A stretch of 63,929 bases of DNA, filler included, from Sphacelaria rigidula (Eukaryota): assembly GCA_964200075.2 (NCBI GenBank). It is 11 parts of 11 records of this genome, joined end to end, with 100 filler letters (N's around TTAATTAATTAA, not from the genome) between each part and the next. Parts side by side here need not be neighbours in the genome. Positions count along the whole stretch, not along the records: positions 58,210 to 63,929 come from CAXNAA020024984.1; 10 more parts are not named here. The stretch is one strand, 5' to 3'. Positions within the stretch are counted from its first letter, which is position 1; each line of letters begins with the position of its first letter. Under the pieces are notes generated by a model. That model was given only the letters and a program-made list of their open reading frames with translations. It was not told the DNA's origin and did not search any database. Of the stretch, positions 62,601-63,929 are shown one piece after another. Both the position numbers and the translations under genes were made by a program.

Positions 62601-63929
62601 CTCCGCATTCCTTTTCGGCTCGGGAAACACCGAGTCGACCGATGTGTGCCTCACTCCCGGTCTCTGTTGGCAGACAGAGCGGGCGCGGGCTGTGTCAAAT
62701 TCAACCCGCTGTACAGGCAATTAATTATTTTTTTCCAACACGGAACATTCCAACCAACTGTCCGATACTTTCATCGATGTTTCATCGATGGAGCAAATTT
62801 GTCAGTACGAAGAACGTTTGTCGCTACACACATTCGACTGTACCAACACCACAGCAGGAACGCACGCCGATTCATGCTTGCAGGTAACGAGTTCGCGGCC
62901 TATTTCAATCGCCGCCTGCTGCGCAGCGATTTTCCTTCCAAACACGGAACGTTGATTCACCATGCGCACCGAATTATATTGATGCGACATGATGGACTAG
63001 GACTGAAGATGTTGCATGTACACGAGCATGATTGAACACGGTGAGGCGCGAGGCTCATATTACTTGTCCGCAAGCTTTCGACTCTGTACTATTTTCACTT
63101 TCACACGGCACCAGGGTACACTACAGTTTGATTGCCGCCCCACCAACACACACTACAGTACATACTTGGTCGTCCAGAAGACCACGTACCTTTCCCGTTG
63201 AAATATTGTTCCGAATTGAAGTACTGACAACAGTACAGCACCTTTTGAATTACAAATGATTTCACCGGGTAATATCTTGCGGACGGTGAGGTGCCGTGCT
63301 GTAGCATACGTTGGTACTGCTGCACTATCTGAACGAAGTCATCTACATTGCATTGTAGATATGAACACGACGCGGGTATAGCGCTGTGTCGGGTTTTCTT
63401 CATGTGATGCGAACAAATTGACATCGTACTGCACTGTCGATCACGCCCGCTGCACCACGCGAAGATCATATGTACTGTAGTGTGCCACCGTGCATTTTGC
63501 TGTCTGGTGCTTCGTACGTCGCTGTCTGTACTGCCCTACACATTTGTATTACGGTTGTGCTTGTACATTTATGAACTGTCTACCTGCACGATGATACGTG
63601 ATCGATATCCCAACTCGGCTGTTTTCAGTGAACTAGGCGGTGTTGTTATATGAGTATCGCCAGCTGCGCTGATATTGCCTCTGGAAATACGATACGGCAT
63701 CCGAGACTTGTGTTTTTTCTCTCAACCTCAACATGTTCTCACAACCGAACTGAGCGGTTTGACGTTGCGGTTCTCTGCGTCCCACACGTATATCCTTTTA
63801 TGGCATGCAGGTTTGTCAAATGCGCTGTTGCGCTGATGACAGTCACTGTATGTCTGTTGATTGTGACAACGAGTCATCCTACGATAGGGGGGGGTATTTT
63901 GGGCCATTTGTTGCTCGAAATTTCGAGTC

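Noticed and set aside
62740..62990. pogo/Tc1 transposase motif QICSIDETSM on the minus strand
   Set aside because: The motif overlaps a small CATCGATG duplication, is surrounded by stops, and has no further DDE motifs.

Overview
This window is not one locus. It is 11 short, unrelated eukaryotic contigs (nine of 5721 bp, two of 5720 bp) joined by identical 100-bp N44-TTAATTAATTAA-N44 linkers, so no context can be read across a linker. Intron-rich genes and the transposon spectrum suggest a brown alga or related stramenopile (inference). Partial spliced host genes were reconstructed with phase-consistent junctions: HGPRT, ECM29, an Sds3/BRMS1-like gene, a USP9/24/34-type deubiquitinase, and several orphan exons. 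The rest is mostly mobile DNA: a decayed RTE LINE, three Ty3/gypsy fragments, a DIRS/Ngaro relic, two tRNA-derived SINE families and many MITEs (Ginger-like, piggyBac-like, Tc1/pogo-like, hAT-like, Sola-like). The most interesting leads are: (1) a gypsy pol C-terminus with a chromodomain end followed by a PWWP/Tudor-like module; (2) a 12-copy repeat family with one fixed end (GG(G/C/T)GTACTCAT), a variable other end and G-run flanks; (3) a TSD-flanked, highly structured ~230-nt RNA-like insertion with mutually exclusive pairings; (4) an 89-bp-arm palindrome built around a tRNA 3' half. No prokaryote-style defence system or CRISPR array is supported.
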